Shown here: positions 14,740 through 26,888 of the stretch, piece after piece
Layout: each line of letters opens with the position of its first letter
Position numbering within the stretch: the first letter of the stretch is position 1
Origin: the human T2T-CHM13v2.0 reference genome, Homo sapiens
Assembly (NCBI RefSeq): GCF_009914755.1
Contig: NC_060943.1
Direction: 5' to 3' (one strand)
DNA: 64,000 nt
Program-made: the position numbers and the translations under genes
The notes under the pieces: model-generated
Told to the model about the DNA's origin: nothing
Database searches by the model: none
What the model saw: only the letters and a program-made list of their open reading frames with translations

Positions 14740-15029
14740 CATAGGAGGCTTATACATCTTACTTCACTGACAGCTAGCATGGTGGCATGATTTGCTTTAA
14801 CCAGTGGAATGTGAGCAGCCACGTCTGAACAAAATTTTGAGAGCCATCACGTGGTCTGTCATGGCACATGAAGCCATGCATGTACTAGATAAAGGTTGCT
14901 CCTTCTGTCGTGGTCCTGGAATGAATTGAACAGAGCCACATCAACCCATGATACATGTGAGCTTACAATGATGAAATGGTGGAAGTTATTTGTGCCTATA
15001 GCATAACTTAGCCTAGGCTGACTGATACA
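14740..15029 (+). mobile_element. MLT1J/I-like MaLR LTR
   Basis: atttgctttaaccagtggaatgtgagc...gcataacttagcctaggctgactgataca terminus. Confidence 0.65.
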
Positions 15030-15300
15030 TTCACTTAACTGCTATGGGCTACGTTAGCATTTAGTAAACATCCAATAAATAATAGATGAATAAACTAATA
15101 GATAGATGGAATGAAAGCTGTAAAAATTATTACTTAAATTATATCTGCATATGCAAATGCAGGTTCTCCATGTAACAGAAAATTATTTTACATTACATTG
15201 AGACCAGCTATATTGTCTAAACACAAGGCCTACACATCTATATTTTACCCAAAAAGTGAAAGTTGATCCACACCTGTATTCTCTGATTACAGATACAAAA

Positions 15301-15470
15301 TTTCAGCTTTTTATCTTTTGCCCTGCACCAAGGAAATTGGAATATTTGTGCTTCTACAAACTCAGTCTGGGTGAACCCTAAAAATCAGTGCTAGGGAGAA
15401 TCAGAGCATGGGAGAAACCTCTATTTCAGGAAAAAATAATCAAGGCAATGCTTTTGATGAAATTCATTTC
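15301..15470 (+). repeat. 170-bp dispersed direct repeat, copy 2 (probable insertion)
   Basis: Flanked by atacaaaa at 15293-15300 and 15472-15479. Confidence 0.97.
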
Positions 15471-16474
15471 AATACAAAAAATTGTATCCTATGTCAGAGG
15501 CCGGCTTGTTAGTTTCCTTTATAACCTGGTCAGTGGTGACAGTCTTTTCCTAACACCCTGTACAATCGTTGCAATACATCTCCAACACAACAGCACTGTG
15601 CAGTCTCATCAATGTGTTTCACACACTCTCTTATGTTGGAGACAGGGCCAAGTGGCAGCTCCAACACATCTGCACAATGAGGGTCATTTGAATTTGGAAA
15701 ATAATCAGGGCATAATATAGGGCATAGCTGCCTCCCACATAAGCAGTCTCCTGGTTCAGCCTGAAAACACACCATTTTGGATTTGCTTGTATCCTAATCG
15801 CACTGACTTATGTAAGTACATAAAATATTCATACCCCATATAAAATCTCAAATCGCAATGTCCCTAGCAATCTTCACTAAGTGTCACATGTTGTGGAAAT
15901 TATTCACTCTGGTCTGTCAGTGTTGGCGAACTCTACCTTGCTGGTAGAGTTTTGCTGGAATATTAAATTTCATAACTGATATGATTTCATATACTCCAAG
16001 TCTGCCACACAAGCCATAACTGAGACCAATTTCTCATGAAACCAAAAGCCCTCAGCAAAGCAAAGCACTGATCAACACTGCATCTCTGGCTGGACTTGTC
16101 TCAGCATTCTCTGCACGGTGGGCATAGAGCACTGTAGAAACAAGGAGCCCTTTCTTGCTGGTAGCAGGATGTGCAGACAGGCAAGACCAGCTGTGAGCCA
16201 TGATCTGTCATTCTCCCTAAAACAAGTTTCAATATTTCACAGGGAAGGGACAACATTTTTTTTCTATCCAAAATAGTCATCCTTTCTTCTATTACTCCCT
16301 TACTTATAAACCACAATTACTGTGGTTGAAGGGATGAAGTCACAGTCAGTCCTGGCCAATAGAAACTTAAAGGTCAAGGTTTCCATGAGTGCAGGGCAAG
16401 TACAGCTGGAGGTACCCACAAAATGTTTAAACAGTCAAATTGCCCCTTGTGAAGGAACTAACCTTCCTTTTCTC

Positions 16475-17970
16475 CCTTCAACAGATGCACAGTGAGCTCC
16501 CACTATGTTCCAGGCCTCTGTGAGGTGCTCAGGTAAAGCAAGGAGCAAAGCTGACATCGTTCCTGATGTCACAAACCTGCAAGTTGAGCTTTTTCTTTAC
16601 TGCAAGAGGCAAGTAAAGAAATCTTCACAACCACGAGTGAACAGCATTGCAATAGAGAAATCACAGGGTGCTGTGGAAGTGAGAGAGCAGCTCTTCACCT
16701 TGTCTATAGGACGGGTCAGGAAAGGAAGGCTTCCTTGGATTAGTCTAAAACATAACGGATGGCTCCAAGGTAGCCAGGTAAAGAGAAAAATGAAAGGAAG
16801 CTTCCAGCAGGAGAAAGAGCAAGTGTGATGGACTAGAGATGAGAATGACCACGAGGCCAGGAGAAACTGCAGAAGACTGATGGAGAACGAAACCAAGAAG
16901 AGAAATCGGGGAACTGAGCCTGCAGGGCAGTCAACAAAGATCTTTGACCAAATGTTGAAGACTTTGGGGTATATCCTGAAGGCGATGAGGAGCCATGGAA
17001 GGAGTTTCAGCAATAATCAGATTTACATGTTAATCACATACCTTTGGCTACAGTGTGAGGGACAGCAGGTGTGAGTGTGGAAAGTCTAGTTAGGGTGCTG
17101 TATTAGTTGTCATTGCCATGTGAGGAATTATTCCAAAACGTAGTGCCTTAGAACAGCAGCATTTATTGTCTGTCTCACGGCTTCTATGGGTCAGGAATCC
17201 GGGGGCAAATTTCCTGGATCCTCCGGCTCAGTCACCCTCAAGGCTGCCAAGTGTCATCCAGGACTGCAGTCACCTCAAGGCTCCACTGGAAAAGGATTTG
17301 CTTCTAAATTCAATCATGGCAGTTTGCAGCTGTTGGGCTAAAGGCCTCAGTATCTCACTGACTGCTGATCAGAGGCCATATGGGAGCTGACAGCACAGCT
17401 GCCTATGACCTCAGATTAAACAAGGAGAGGAGCCAGAGGGAGAGTTGGTGAGCAAGATGGAAGTCATGGTCTTTCATAGTCTAGCTTCAGAAGTTGCATC
17501 TTGTTACTTTTGCCGTATTCTGTTCGTCAGGAACAAGTCACCACACCCAAACCAAACTCAAGGGGGAGAATATGTCATGTGGGCATGAATTCCAGGAGAC
17601 AGGGATCAAAGTGAGCCATCTAAAATGCTGCAAACCATAAGAGCTATTAAAATAACTCATGCATGAGATGCTGATGGCCTATATGAGGGTAGCAATAGTA
17701 GAAAGACAGAAGTGAACAAATGATAAATGAATCAAAAGGATTTGGACACTGGAGTTAGAAGACGGTAGAAGTCAAGAATGATTCTCAGGTTCTGGTTTGA
17801 GAAAGTAGGAGGATGATTATGCTACTTGCTGAAATGTAAACACTCAAGGAGAAATAAATTTTTGGAAAGAAATTTTATGCATCTTGTTTTGTAAATATTC
17901 ACTTTGTGGTGCTTGTGAAACACTGAAGCAGAATTGTCAAATAAGTTGTTATCTTTCCAGGTCTGATTTG
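16475..17970 (-). mobile_element. L2 fragment, split by an MLT1
   Basis: cactatgttccaggc...gaagactttggggtatatcctgaaggcgatgaggagccatggaagg...gaatgattctcaggttctgg. Confidence 0.75.
17099..17639 (-). mobile_element. MLT1E/F-like MaLR solo LTR
   Basis: tgtattagttgtcattgcc...ttctatgggtcaggaatcc...gagcaagatggaagtcatggtc...gccatctaaaatgctgc. Confidence 0.8.
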
Positions 17971-18047
17971 GAACAAGAGAACTATTTGTTTAAATGTATA
18001 TATTAAAATGAATTCTACTCACTTGTTAATCTGGTTGTACAAAGCCA

Positions 18048-18200
18048 TGGATGAATGAATGGATAGATGGATGGATGGATGGATGGATGGATGGATGGAT
18101 GGACGGACAGATGGACAGACGGATGGATGGATAAATGGATGGATAGATGGATGGATAGATGAATAGATGGACAAATGGATGGATGGATGAGGTGATGGGT
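18048..18200. repeat. (GGAT)n microsatellite with GGAC/AGAT variants
   Basis: Read directly. Confidence 0.95.
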
Positions 18201-18851
18201 GGCCCATCTGGTCCAAATATGAAAAGAAGATCATAGCAGTAGTATCCATCATTCCGTAATTATCTAGTCAGAAAAGATATAGATCAGCCCAGAAAAATTT
18301 TTCTCCGGTTGCAATGTATTGAGATTGTACAAATCCTTCTGTCCTTCCTTTGGATATGACACATTGACTATGACAACCACGTTATGGAGCTGGTGCTCAA
18401 GCCAAATTTTAAGTTGTCAAGAATGTGAAAGCACCTGAAATGCAAAGGACTTGTATGACAGCTTTCAGTTGCAGATGTCTCTGACCAATAAGAGTAAACA
18501 GGATAGGCTCAGAGGATTGGAGTTGCAAAATCAAGGGCCATTTGCCTTCCGAGATCCAGAAAGGTCTCTCAGGATTAATTGATTTTGGGATATGAAGTCT
18601 GGTCTCACTAAAAAAATGCAGGTGTATGACGGGAATCAGTTAACTGTGTTTTAGTTTTATTGTTCAATGACATCTGTTTGTTGTAGCCTCCCATGAATGT
18701 TCATGAGACATAACTCTGAAACTTTATTTTATGACAAAGCCAAAAGATGGCAAGGCTTTTCAGAAAAGCCTTCTGCGAAAACAGGTAGAATTATCTTGAG
18801 CGAACAGATCAGTCCTAGCAAATCCTGGTCTTATTCATATTAATGATGGTA

Positions 18852-19162
18852 GGCCAGGCGTGGCGACTCATACTTGTAACCCCAGTGCTTTGGGAGGCTG
18901 AGGCAGGCAGAATACATGAGGCCAGGAGTTCCAGGCCAGCCTGTAAACATGGTGAAGCCCCATCTCTACTAAAAATACAAATATTAGCCAGATGTGGTGG
19001 TGCACATCTGTAGTCCCAGCTACTCAGGAGGCTGAGGCAGGAAAATCGATTGAACTTGGGAGGAAAAGTTTACAGTGAGCTGAGATCGTGCCACTGCAGT
19101 CCAGCCTGGGTGACAGAGTGCGACTCTGTCTCAAAAAAACAAAACAACAACCAACCAACCAA
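18852..19162 (+). mobile_element. Alu (Sz/Jb-like)
   Basis: Both arms; TSD attaatgatgg at 18839-18849 and 19163-19173. Confidence 0.96.
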
Positions 19163-19684
19163 ATTAATGATGGGGGGATAAAAAAGGAACAGCATGTTGG
19201 AAACAAATGTTCCTGGGTATCCCTCCACTAATTCACACATAGACCAAAATCCTGGATGTCATTAATGTGCAAGATGGTAGCAGCTTCTTTGGCCACACTC
19301 CTCCTTTCAGGAGCTCTGGAAACAAAGCCACATCCTTTTATTCCCATCTACAAAACCAAACCAACAGTCCTCCTTTAGTTTTTTCATTTCAAGGTTGTCT
19401 ATAAATCTTTGCTAAGGAGAATTCTGGTGAAACTGTCAATGAAGGCCTGACTGAAAATCACAATAATTTCTTCTATTAACTAGGGGAAAACCAGCTATTC
19501 ATTACAGATGGTTGCTAATTAATTTTCTAGGTGCAATTGTTAATTATAACAAGAATATATTATACCTGCTGAAGGTCTGGTTGAAGATAAAGTAGTCACC
19601 AGAATCCTATGAAGAACAGCAAAATATTAATAATTATTAATTATTAATTAATTTAGTTAAGTGATCAACTAAAAATCAGTATTA

Positions 19685-20075
19685 CATGTCTATTGAGAAT
19701 TTACAATGTGCCAGGCATGGCTCTAAGCAGTTTACATTGAACTTTACAACCCCACCATAGGGGTGGGTATTTTGTACACAAGGAAGCAGATGTACTAAAG
19801 GATGAAGCAGCTTGCCCAAGGTGACAGAAAGAGAAACTGATTTATTATGGGAGGTAGGGTAGAACACTTCAGAGCACTGTATTTTAACCTTTGTGTTCAT
19901 TACAAAACTCATTCCATACAACAGTCCTGCAAGGCAGGCAGTGGAACCATCTCGTCTTATAGATTTGAAGCTGAGGCTCTGAGAAAAGAAATGACTTTCC
20001 TAAAGTCATGCCGCAGCAAGAGTGGGATGCAACTCAAACCCAGCATGAAATAATTCACAGTCCATGACCCCAGCT
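19685..20075 (-). mobile_element. Two adjacent MIR fragments
   Basis: tgtgccaggcatggctctaagc...cttgcccaaggtgacag and atagatttgaagctgaggctctgagaaa...caaacccag. Confidence 0.7.
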
Positions 20076-20199
20076 GCTGGGGATAGTACATGAATGGCAA
20101 AATAACCATTTTCCAACATAAGAGGATAAGTTCTGTTTAAGGAAGTTTCAAACATTCCACAAAACTCAGCAGTGAAAGATGAGCAAGTAAAGGGAAAAC

Positions 20200-20390
20200 T
20201 AAAGTCACTCTACATGAAGAATCCTTTAAGAAGAGAAAGACGTATCACAGTGGTGTGAGCACCTCATCACTGATAGAGTTGGGCCCAGCCTGACTGGCCT
20301 TATGTGGAGGCTGATGAAGGAGGGATTCGTACATCAAGAAGAGGTTCAGCCATGAACCTGAGGTCCTCTCCAACCCCAGGACTCCATAAT
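20200..20390 (+). mobile_element. CR1/L3-type 3' fragment
   Basis: gagcacctcatcactg...gaggtcctctccaaccccaggactcc resembles the L3 3' terminus. Confidence 0.45.
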
Positions 20391-20419
20391 TCACATAGAT
20401 AAAGCTCCTGTTTCTTTAA

Positions 20420-20815
<396 letters not shown>

Positions 20816-21999
20816 AAATTTTTTTTTTCCATTTCAATCATCCAACAGAATTAGAGATCAGGTTAGGTGATATGAAAAATATAAAGAACTAAACTTCAGT
20901 GGTTGAATCTCTAAGAAGAAAAACAAGCCCTAACATTAGTAAGAGTCACATTTGAATTTAGCAGGGATATTTTATTTTTCACCTGCCACTGAAGTGATCT
21001 GTGTGGCAGAGACAGACACATTGAGCTGTGAGCAGCATGGGTGGATGGTTCAATGCAGACTGGATGTCCTTGGGTTTTAGGTTCGGTACTTGCTTTAGAT
21101 AAATTTCTTTAAAGATTTTTGTAAATTTGACTCAAGGAGATCATGCAATAGGAATTCTTTTGCTGAGACCTTGGATGTTAGACACTTGGCTCACAGATCC
21201 TAATTCAGAATGTAAACCACCCAAGTGCTGTCAGCCTATTCAGTTCTGTGACATGAGAATGCTGTGCTTTGAACACCATGCTTCTTTCTTTTCTAAGAGC
21301 AAGCTTCTTTAGCCTGCCAAACTCATGAAACAGATTTTCAGCAAAGAATAAAAGCAGAAAATAAAAGAAGTTGGCAATTTGCACGTGTTCAGCTCAGTCT
21401 CCCTCTCTTACCCTATGCAGGCTGAACTTCCATGTTTCTGGACACATTGGCTCAGGGACATAACACTGCACTTGAGAAAGATGCAATCCTCAGAAGCCAC
21501 TAAATAGAGACCCTTGTCATCCATCTACCAAGTCTATCAACCTTGCAGCATCACTGCCTCCTCTCTTTCTGTCCTCGTACAATTGAGGAAGGTCCTTCCA
21601 CATCTGTGCGAAAGGCCCACTGCTCTGCTTGAGCTGTGCACCTCAACCCCTTCATCCTCATGAGGGACCCCACTGACTCTCTTGTTCTCTGCCCCTCCTG
21701 TATCTTCACCAACCCCTTCATCTTTGTATATATTCTGTTAACCTGCAAAATACTTCAGTATCTTCTACCTTTAAAAGAAGAAACTGTCTACCTCACACAC
21801 TCCTTCAGAGTCTGTTCTATCCTTTCCCTCCTCTTCACAGCCAGTCTTCAAAAATATTTGAGTTGTCTACCTACCCACCTCTACCTCCTCCCACTCCCAT
21901 TCTCTCCTGAATCCACCCTGAATTGGCTTCATCCTCATGTCTCCATCCAAAGAGCTCTTATCATGGGCACAAGAAGACCATGTTTCTAACTCCTATGAC

Positions 22000-22035
22000 C
22001 TTTTCTTTTTTCTTTCTTTCTTCTTTCTTTCTTTT

Positions 22036-22126
<91 letters not shown>

Positions 22127-22185
22127 CTTTCTTCTCTCTTCTTCTCTTTCTTCTTTCTTCTCTTTCTCTCTTTCTTTCTTTCATT
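22000..22185. repeat. (TTTC)n microsatellite
   Basis: Long perfect TTTC run at about 22037-22125 with degenerate flanks. Confidence 0.96.
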
Positions 22186-22455
22186 ATTTTTTTTTGACAG
22201 AGTCTTGCTCTGTCCACCAGGCTGGAGTGTGTGATCATGGCTTACTGCAGCCTCAACCTCCTCATCTCAAGCAATTCTCCCATCTCAGTCTCCTGAGTAG
22301 CTGAGACTACAGGCATGAGCCACCATGCTCGGTTGATTTTTTATCTGTTGTACAGAAGGTGTCTTTCCATGTTTCCCAGGCTGGTCTGGAACTCGTGAGC
22401 TCAAGTGAGCCTTCCAAAGCGTTGGGATTACAGGCATGAGTTACCACTCCTAGAC
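22000..22455 (-). mobile_element. AluJ with an expanded (TTTC)n tail
   Basis: gacagagtcttgctctg...atcatggcttactgcagcctcaacctc. Confidence 0.9.
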
Positions 22456-22669
22456 CAGTGGCAAGATTTCAATCCCCGCTTCACCTGGTCTCTTGAAAGC
22501 ATTTGCCATTTTTATTCAAATGCCTTCTATTCCTGGCTTCTGGCTTTCCTTGGACCTTTCAGTCTGTGTTCCTGGAACACCACCTTCCTCACCCTCCTTT
22601 ACATATAGAAGTGCCTCCCACACGTAGACTCTCTAGTATCTTTGCTGAATTAATTGACTTGAGGCCATC

Positions 22670-22860
22670 CTGGAGAATGGTGCAGCCAGTGATGGAGCAA
22701 AACACAAAACTCACTAGTGTAAGCTTGGGAGTCAGATCTGGGTTCACGGCCCAGCTTTCTTCTTACCAATTCTGTGACCTTGAGCCGCTACTCTCTTTCC
22801 TTATCTCTGAAAGAGAGCTAAATGATAACTATAATAGGATTTTTCTGAGAATTTAATTAA
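22670..22860 (+). mobile_element. MIR
   Basis: ggagtcagatctgggttcacggcccagct...tgtgaccttgagc. Confidence 0.7.
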
Positions 22861-22939
22861 CACTAGAATTAAAATTTCATAAGGGCAGAGATCTTCATCT
22901 TTTTTACTCAATCAATAATCCATATCACCTGCATTCTAG

Positions 22940-23137
22940 AGGTGTTCAGCAAATAATACCTGCACACCAAATCTAGCTCTCTGCCTGTTTTTGTGTGGCC
23001 CCAAAGCTAAGAATGGTTTTTACATTTTTAAACAGTTGGTGAGGAAATGAAGATTATGTGATAGAGTCAGTGTGTAGCCCACAAAGTCTAAGATATTTAC
23101 TACCCACCCTTCACAGAAAAAGTTGCTGTAAATCCTG
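22940..23137. mobile_element. MER58 (hAT-Charlie, MER58C-like)
   Basis: gcctgtttttgtgtggccccaaagctaagaatggtttttacattttt...acagaaaaagttgc. Confidence 0.8.
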
Positions 23138-23558
23138 ACAGAAGTTAGATATTCAAAAACTATTAAATGAATGAGTGAATGAATAAAGTATGTGCGCATC
23201 TGAAGCACTGAGCAGTGAATGCATGGAGTGTATGCCACTAGCTAATGTATTGAGTGCTTTCCCAAAGGACATGCTGCCATCATCATCACTATCGCACACG
23301 TGGAACTTCTCCAGAGGAAGACCACTCCACGGCTCCCGATACTTGATACTTGTCAGACAACCTGCTGGAAGATGAAATATTCGGAATACCTCTTGGTCTT
23401 TCTAATATCAAACCACTCACTTGATGCTGCTTTAAAAAAAAACTGTTTACTAAATTGAGAGGTTGTTGTAGTTATTTTATATATTTGACGAAAAAATATA
23501 TTTTATGAATAATTTATTTCAATTTCACTGCTAGTGACTCAAGCATGATGATGCCTTC

Positions 23559-23849
23559 TTTTTTTTTTTTTTTTTTTTTTTTTTGAGATGGAGTCTCACT
23601 CTGTTGCCCAGGCTAGAGTGCAGTGGCATGATCTCGGCTCATTGAAACCTCTGCCTCCCAGGTTCAAGTGATTTTCCTGCCTCAGCCTCCCGAGTAGCTG
23701 TGATTACAGACATGCACCACCACACCCAGATAATTTTTGTATTTTTAGTAGAGACAGCTTTTCACCATGTTGGTCAGGCTGCTCTCGAACTCCTGACCTC
23801 AGGTGATCCACAGGCCTTGGACCTCCAAAGTGCTGGGATTACAGGGGTG
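23559..23849 (-). mobile_element. AluS, slightly 5'-truncated
   Basis: Poly-T, both arms, ends ggattacaggggtg. Confidence 0.96.
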
Positions 23850-23929
23850 GATGTCCTTACTCTTAAGAACAATGGTTTCTATGCACTCAGGACCTTCTGA
23901 TAACTTGTTTCAGGCAAAAGAAACCCAAA

Positions 23930-24494
23930 TGTGATGGATGGACATATATGATTTTTGATACACTGCATCCATTCTCTGTTCTTTGGATAATTTTTCCCTG
24001 TTCTCTTGTAGGAAATCACCCTTTCCCACTCCCAGTCCATGAATGTCTGGTGGGACTGACTCTACCCTTGACTGCAGGAGAGGGCATGGGACACAGGACT
24101 GACCAGCCAGTAAGTCCCATTCCTATGGACATGAAAATTGGTTAAAGAACAGGCATGGCACGTTCGGAGTCAGAGAGAGACAATGAGACTTTAGTGGGCC
24201 CTTTGGGAAGAAAAGCATACTCTCTTTTCCACCAGGCTTAAACTGGAAACAATGAGGGATTTGAGCTACTGGCAGTCATCTAACAAGTGGAGTTTGTTCT
24301 TAGAGCCAAAAGAGAAGATAATAGCCACTGAATGAAGAGAACTTGAGCCCAGTGCCTTCATGGGAGCCCCTGGATCAAGAGTTCACCTAACTCTAGTCTT
24401 TTCAGTCATCATGTGACCAATAGATTTCAACTTCAGCCAAAGCCAGGGTGAGTTAGAGCTGTTTGCTTTAGAGGAATAAAAACCAAATGATGCA
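23930..24494 (+). mobile_element. MLT1K-like MaLR LTR
   Basis: ggaaatcaccctttcccactcccagtccatg...gagcccctggatcaag...ttttcagtcatc. Confidence 0.65.
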
Positions 24495-25019
24495 CCTGTC
24501 CAGTTCATCACTTTCCATTCCATGCTTCAAGTTAGTCACCCAAATAAGAGAAGCAGGTAGCTTTTGATGAAGCACCATCAGGAAGCAGCCATTCCCTCAA
24601 GAAACATGGTACTGAAATCATCATGTCAGACACTCCATGTCTGTAAGAGGCCTGCTGCATGATCTTTTGAGACAGAATGGCAGAATTTTAAAGACAGATG
24701 GAACCTTAAAGAAGACCATATATTTAGGAGATTGAAAATCCAAAAGCACGCAAAGCCAAGAAGGAAATGTGATTGAGTGAAGGGATCAGGAATGAGAGAG
24801 CAGCAACACAGGTACCGTGAAAAATGGCAAATGACACTCAGCCTCAGGGACCAGGAGCGGGAGGCGGTGGTGGGCACAGGGCTGCCTGGGGGGCACCCAT
24901 TCGCCTACCTGAGCAGCCTCTGTTCAGTGACAGCTGACCATGTCGAGGCTCAAAGATGCAAGATTCTATGTGAAAGCTATCTTTATTTTCTCATATTTTA
25001 AGCAATTTTTATTTGGTTC

Positions 25020-25538
25020 TATTATTTGTTTATTCATTTCAATAGCTTTAGAGGTACAAGTGGTTTTTTTGTCACGTGGATGAATTCTATAGCAGTGAAG
25101 TCTGAGCTTATAGTATACTGCACCCATCACCCAAATAGTGTACATTGTACCCAATAGGTGATTTTTCATCCCTCATCCTCCTCCCATGATCCCTCTTTTC
25201 TGAGTCTCCAATGTTCATTATACCTCTCTGTTTGCCTTTGCATACCCATAGCTTAGTTCCTTCATATAAGTGAAAAATGTGGTATTTGTTATTTTTATTC
25301 CAGAGTAAATTTACTTAAAATAATGGCCTCCAGCTTCACCCAAGTTGCTACAAAAGACATTATTTTGTTATATTTAATGGCTGAACAGTATTCCATGGTG
25401 TATATGTGCCATGTGTTCTTGATCCACTCATCAGTTGATGGGCACTTAGGTTGGTTCTGTATCTTTGTGGTTGTAAATTGTGCAGTGGTAAACATACAAC
25501 TGCAGGTGTCTTTTTCACACAATGACTTATTTTCCTTT
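25020..25538 (-). mobile_element. L1PB-type 3' fragment
   Basis: ttcaatagctttagaggtacaagtggtttt...gttgctacaaaagacattatt. Confidence 0.88.
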
Positions 25539-25617
25539 TTGAGATGAGGGTGAAATGAGAGAATCTCTAAACTCAGTTTCTCTGAAACTCAGGTCTCCTC
25601 AGGCTCATGGCATGCAC

Positions 25618-26888
25618 TGTTGTGACATTATAAAATATGCAGGGTTGGTCTTTGATATGTCTTGTTTATGGTTTGTTTTGCCCCACCAAGTCTCAAGTTA
25701 AAATTTGATCCCCAGTGTTGGAGGTGAGGCCTGGTGGGAGGGTTTGGGCAGTGGAGATGGATTCCTCATGAATGGCTTGATGCCCTTCTTGCAGGAGTAA
25801 ATGGGTCCTCACTCTTCATTCCCAAGAGCACTGGTTGTTGACAAGAGCTGGCCCCTCCTGCTAGCCCTCTTACTTCCTTCTCTCACCATGTGATCGCTCC
25901 ACACACCACCTCCCCTCCATCTTCCACTGTTTTCATCTGAGGCCCTCATAGAAGCAGATGCTGGCACCATGCTTGTACAGCCTGCAGAATCATGAACCAA
26001 ATAAACCTCTTTTCTTTATAAATTACCCATCCTCAGGTATTCCCTTATGGCAACACAATCAGACTAAGAAAAATCTTCAACCCTGTTTCCTAGCATATGA
26101 CCCCTAAATCCTTAATATTTCCAAAGTGATGTCTCTTGTATACCAATGAATTTGCTGATGGCTGGCAGCCCTAGGTAGCTTCAGGATGGGTGTGGTCAAT
26201 GGAAAGACCGAGGCACGACTAGACAGTTTGGGATTTTCAGCCCCACTCCCAACCTCCAGGGAGGAGAGAGAGGCTGAAGAATAAGTTGATCACCAATAAT
26301 TTCTTCAATCATGCCTCTGTAATGAAGCATCCATAAAAAACCAAAAAGACTAAGTTCAGAGAGCTTCCAGAGAGTTGAACATGTGAAGGTTCTTAGAGAG
26401 TGGTGCACTAGTGAGGGAATGGGAGCTCCATGCCCCTTCCCCCATGTATCCCATATGAATCTGTTTAGCTGCATCTTCTGTAATATTCTTTAAAATAAGC
26501 TGATAAACGAGTGTTTCCCTGACTTCTGCAAGTCACTCTAGCAAACTAATCAAACCCAAAGAGGGGTCCACAAAAACCCTGACTTATAGCTGGGCTGTCA
26601 GAAGCACAGGCAAAATAACCTGGGGCTTGTACCTGGGTTTGGAGGCAGGGGCTGTCTTGTGGTACAGAGCCCTCCTCACCCTGTGGAACCTGATGCTCTC
26701 TTCAGCTAGGCTGTGTCAGAACTGAATTGAATCAGAGGATACCCAGCTGGTGTCTACTGCAAACTGACTGCTTGCGTGGTATGTATGGTGAGGGAACCTT
26801 CACATATTTGGTCGTAGAAATCTTCTGTGTTGATTGTTGTGAGTGGGATAAGAGCACAGGAAAAACAGTTGGTGTTTTTAACACTCAA
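25618..26888 (+). mobile_element. MER21 (MER21B-like) LTR, split by MSTB
   Basis: ggctggcagccctaggtagcttcaggatggg...ctctagcaaactaatcaaacccaaagagggg...gaggatacccagctggtgtc. Confidence 0.85.
25653..26071 (+). mobile_element. MSTB-family MaLR solo LTR
   Basis: tgatatg...gatccccagtgttggaggtg...aataaacctcttttctttataaattaccc...gactaag. Confidence 0.9.

Larger units (their letters stand above)
21520..22935 (+). mobile_element. L2 fragments, split by AluJ and MIR
   Basis: Pyrimidine-rich L2 body (ccctcctcttcacagcc, tcacctggtctcttgaaagcatttg) and 3' end (cataagggcagagatctt). Confidence 0.65.

Noticed and set aside
15929-15951. Hairpin aactctacc-ttgct-ggtagagtt followed by Ts, resembling an intrinsic terminator
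   Set aside because: Eukaryotic DNA, 9-bp stem within chance expectation, too short for a pre-miRNA.
18752-18772. Inverted repeat aaggcttttc-a-gaaaagcctt
   Set aside because: One 10-bp-arm hairpin per 64 kb is close to chance expectation; no supporting context.
19624-19656. AT-only palindrome and TAAT cluster
   Set aside because: Low-complexity AT sequence yields these trivially; the TAAT run at 47155-47185 is likewise a decayed FLAM tail.
21923-22238. FLSF- and KERK-repeat ORFs
   Set aside because: Translations of (TTTC)n.
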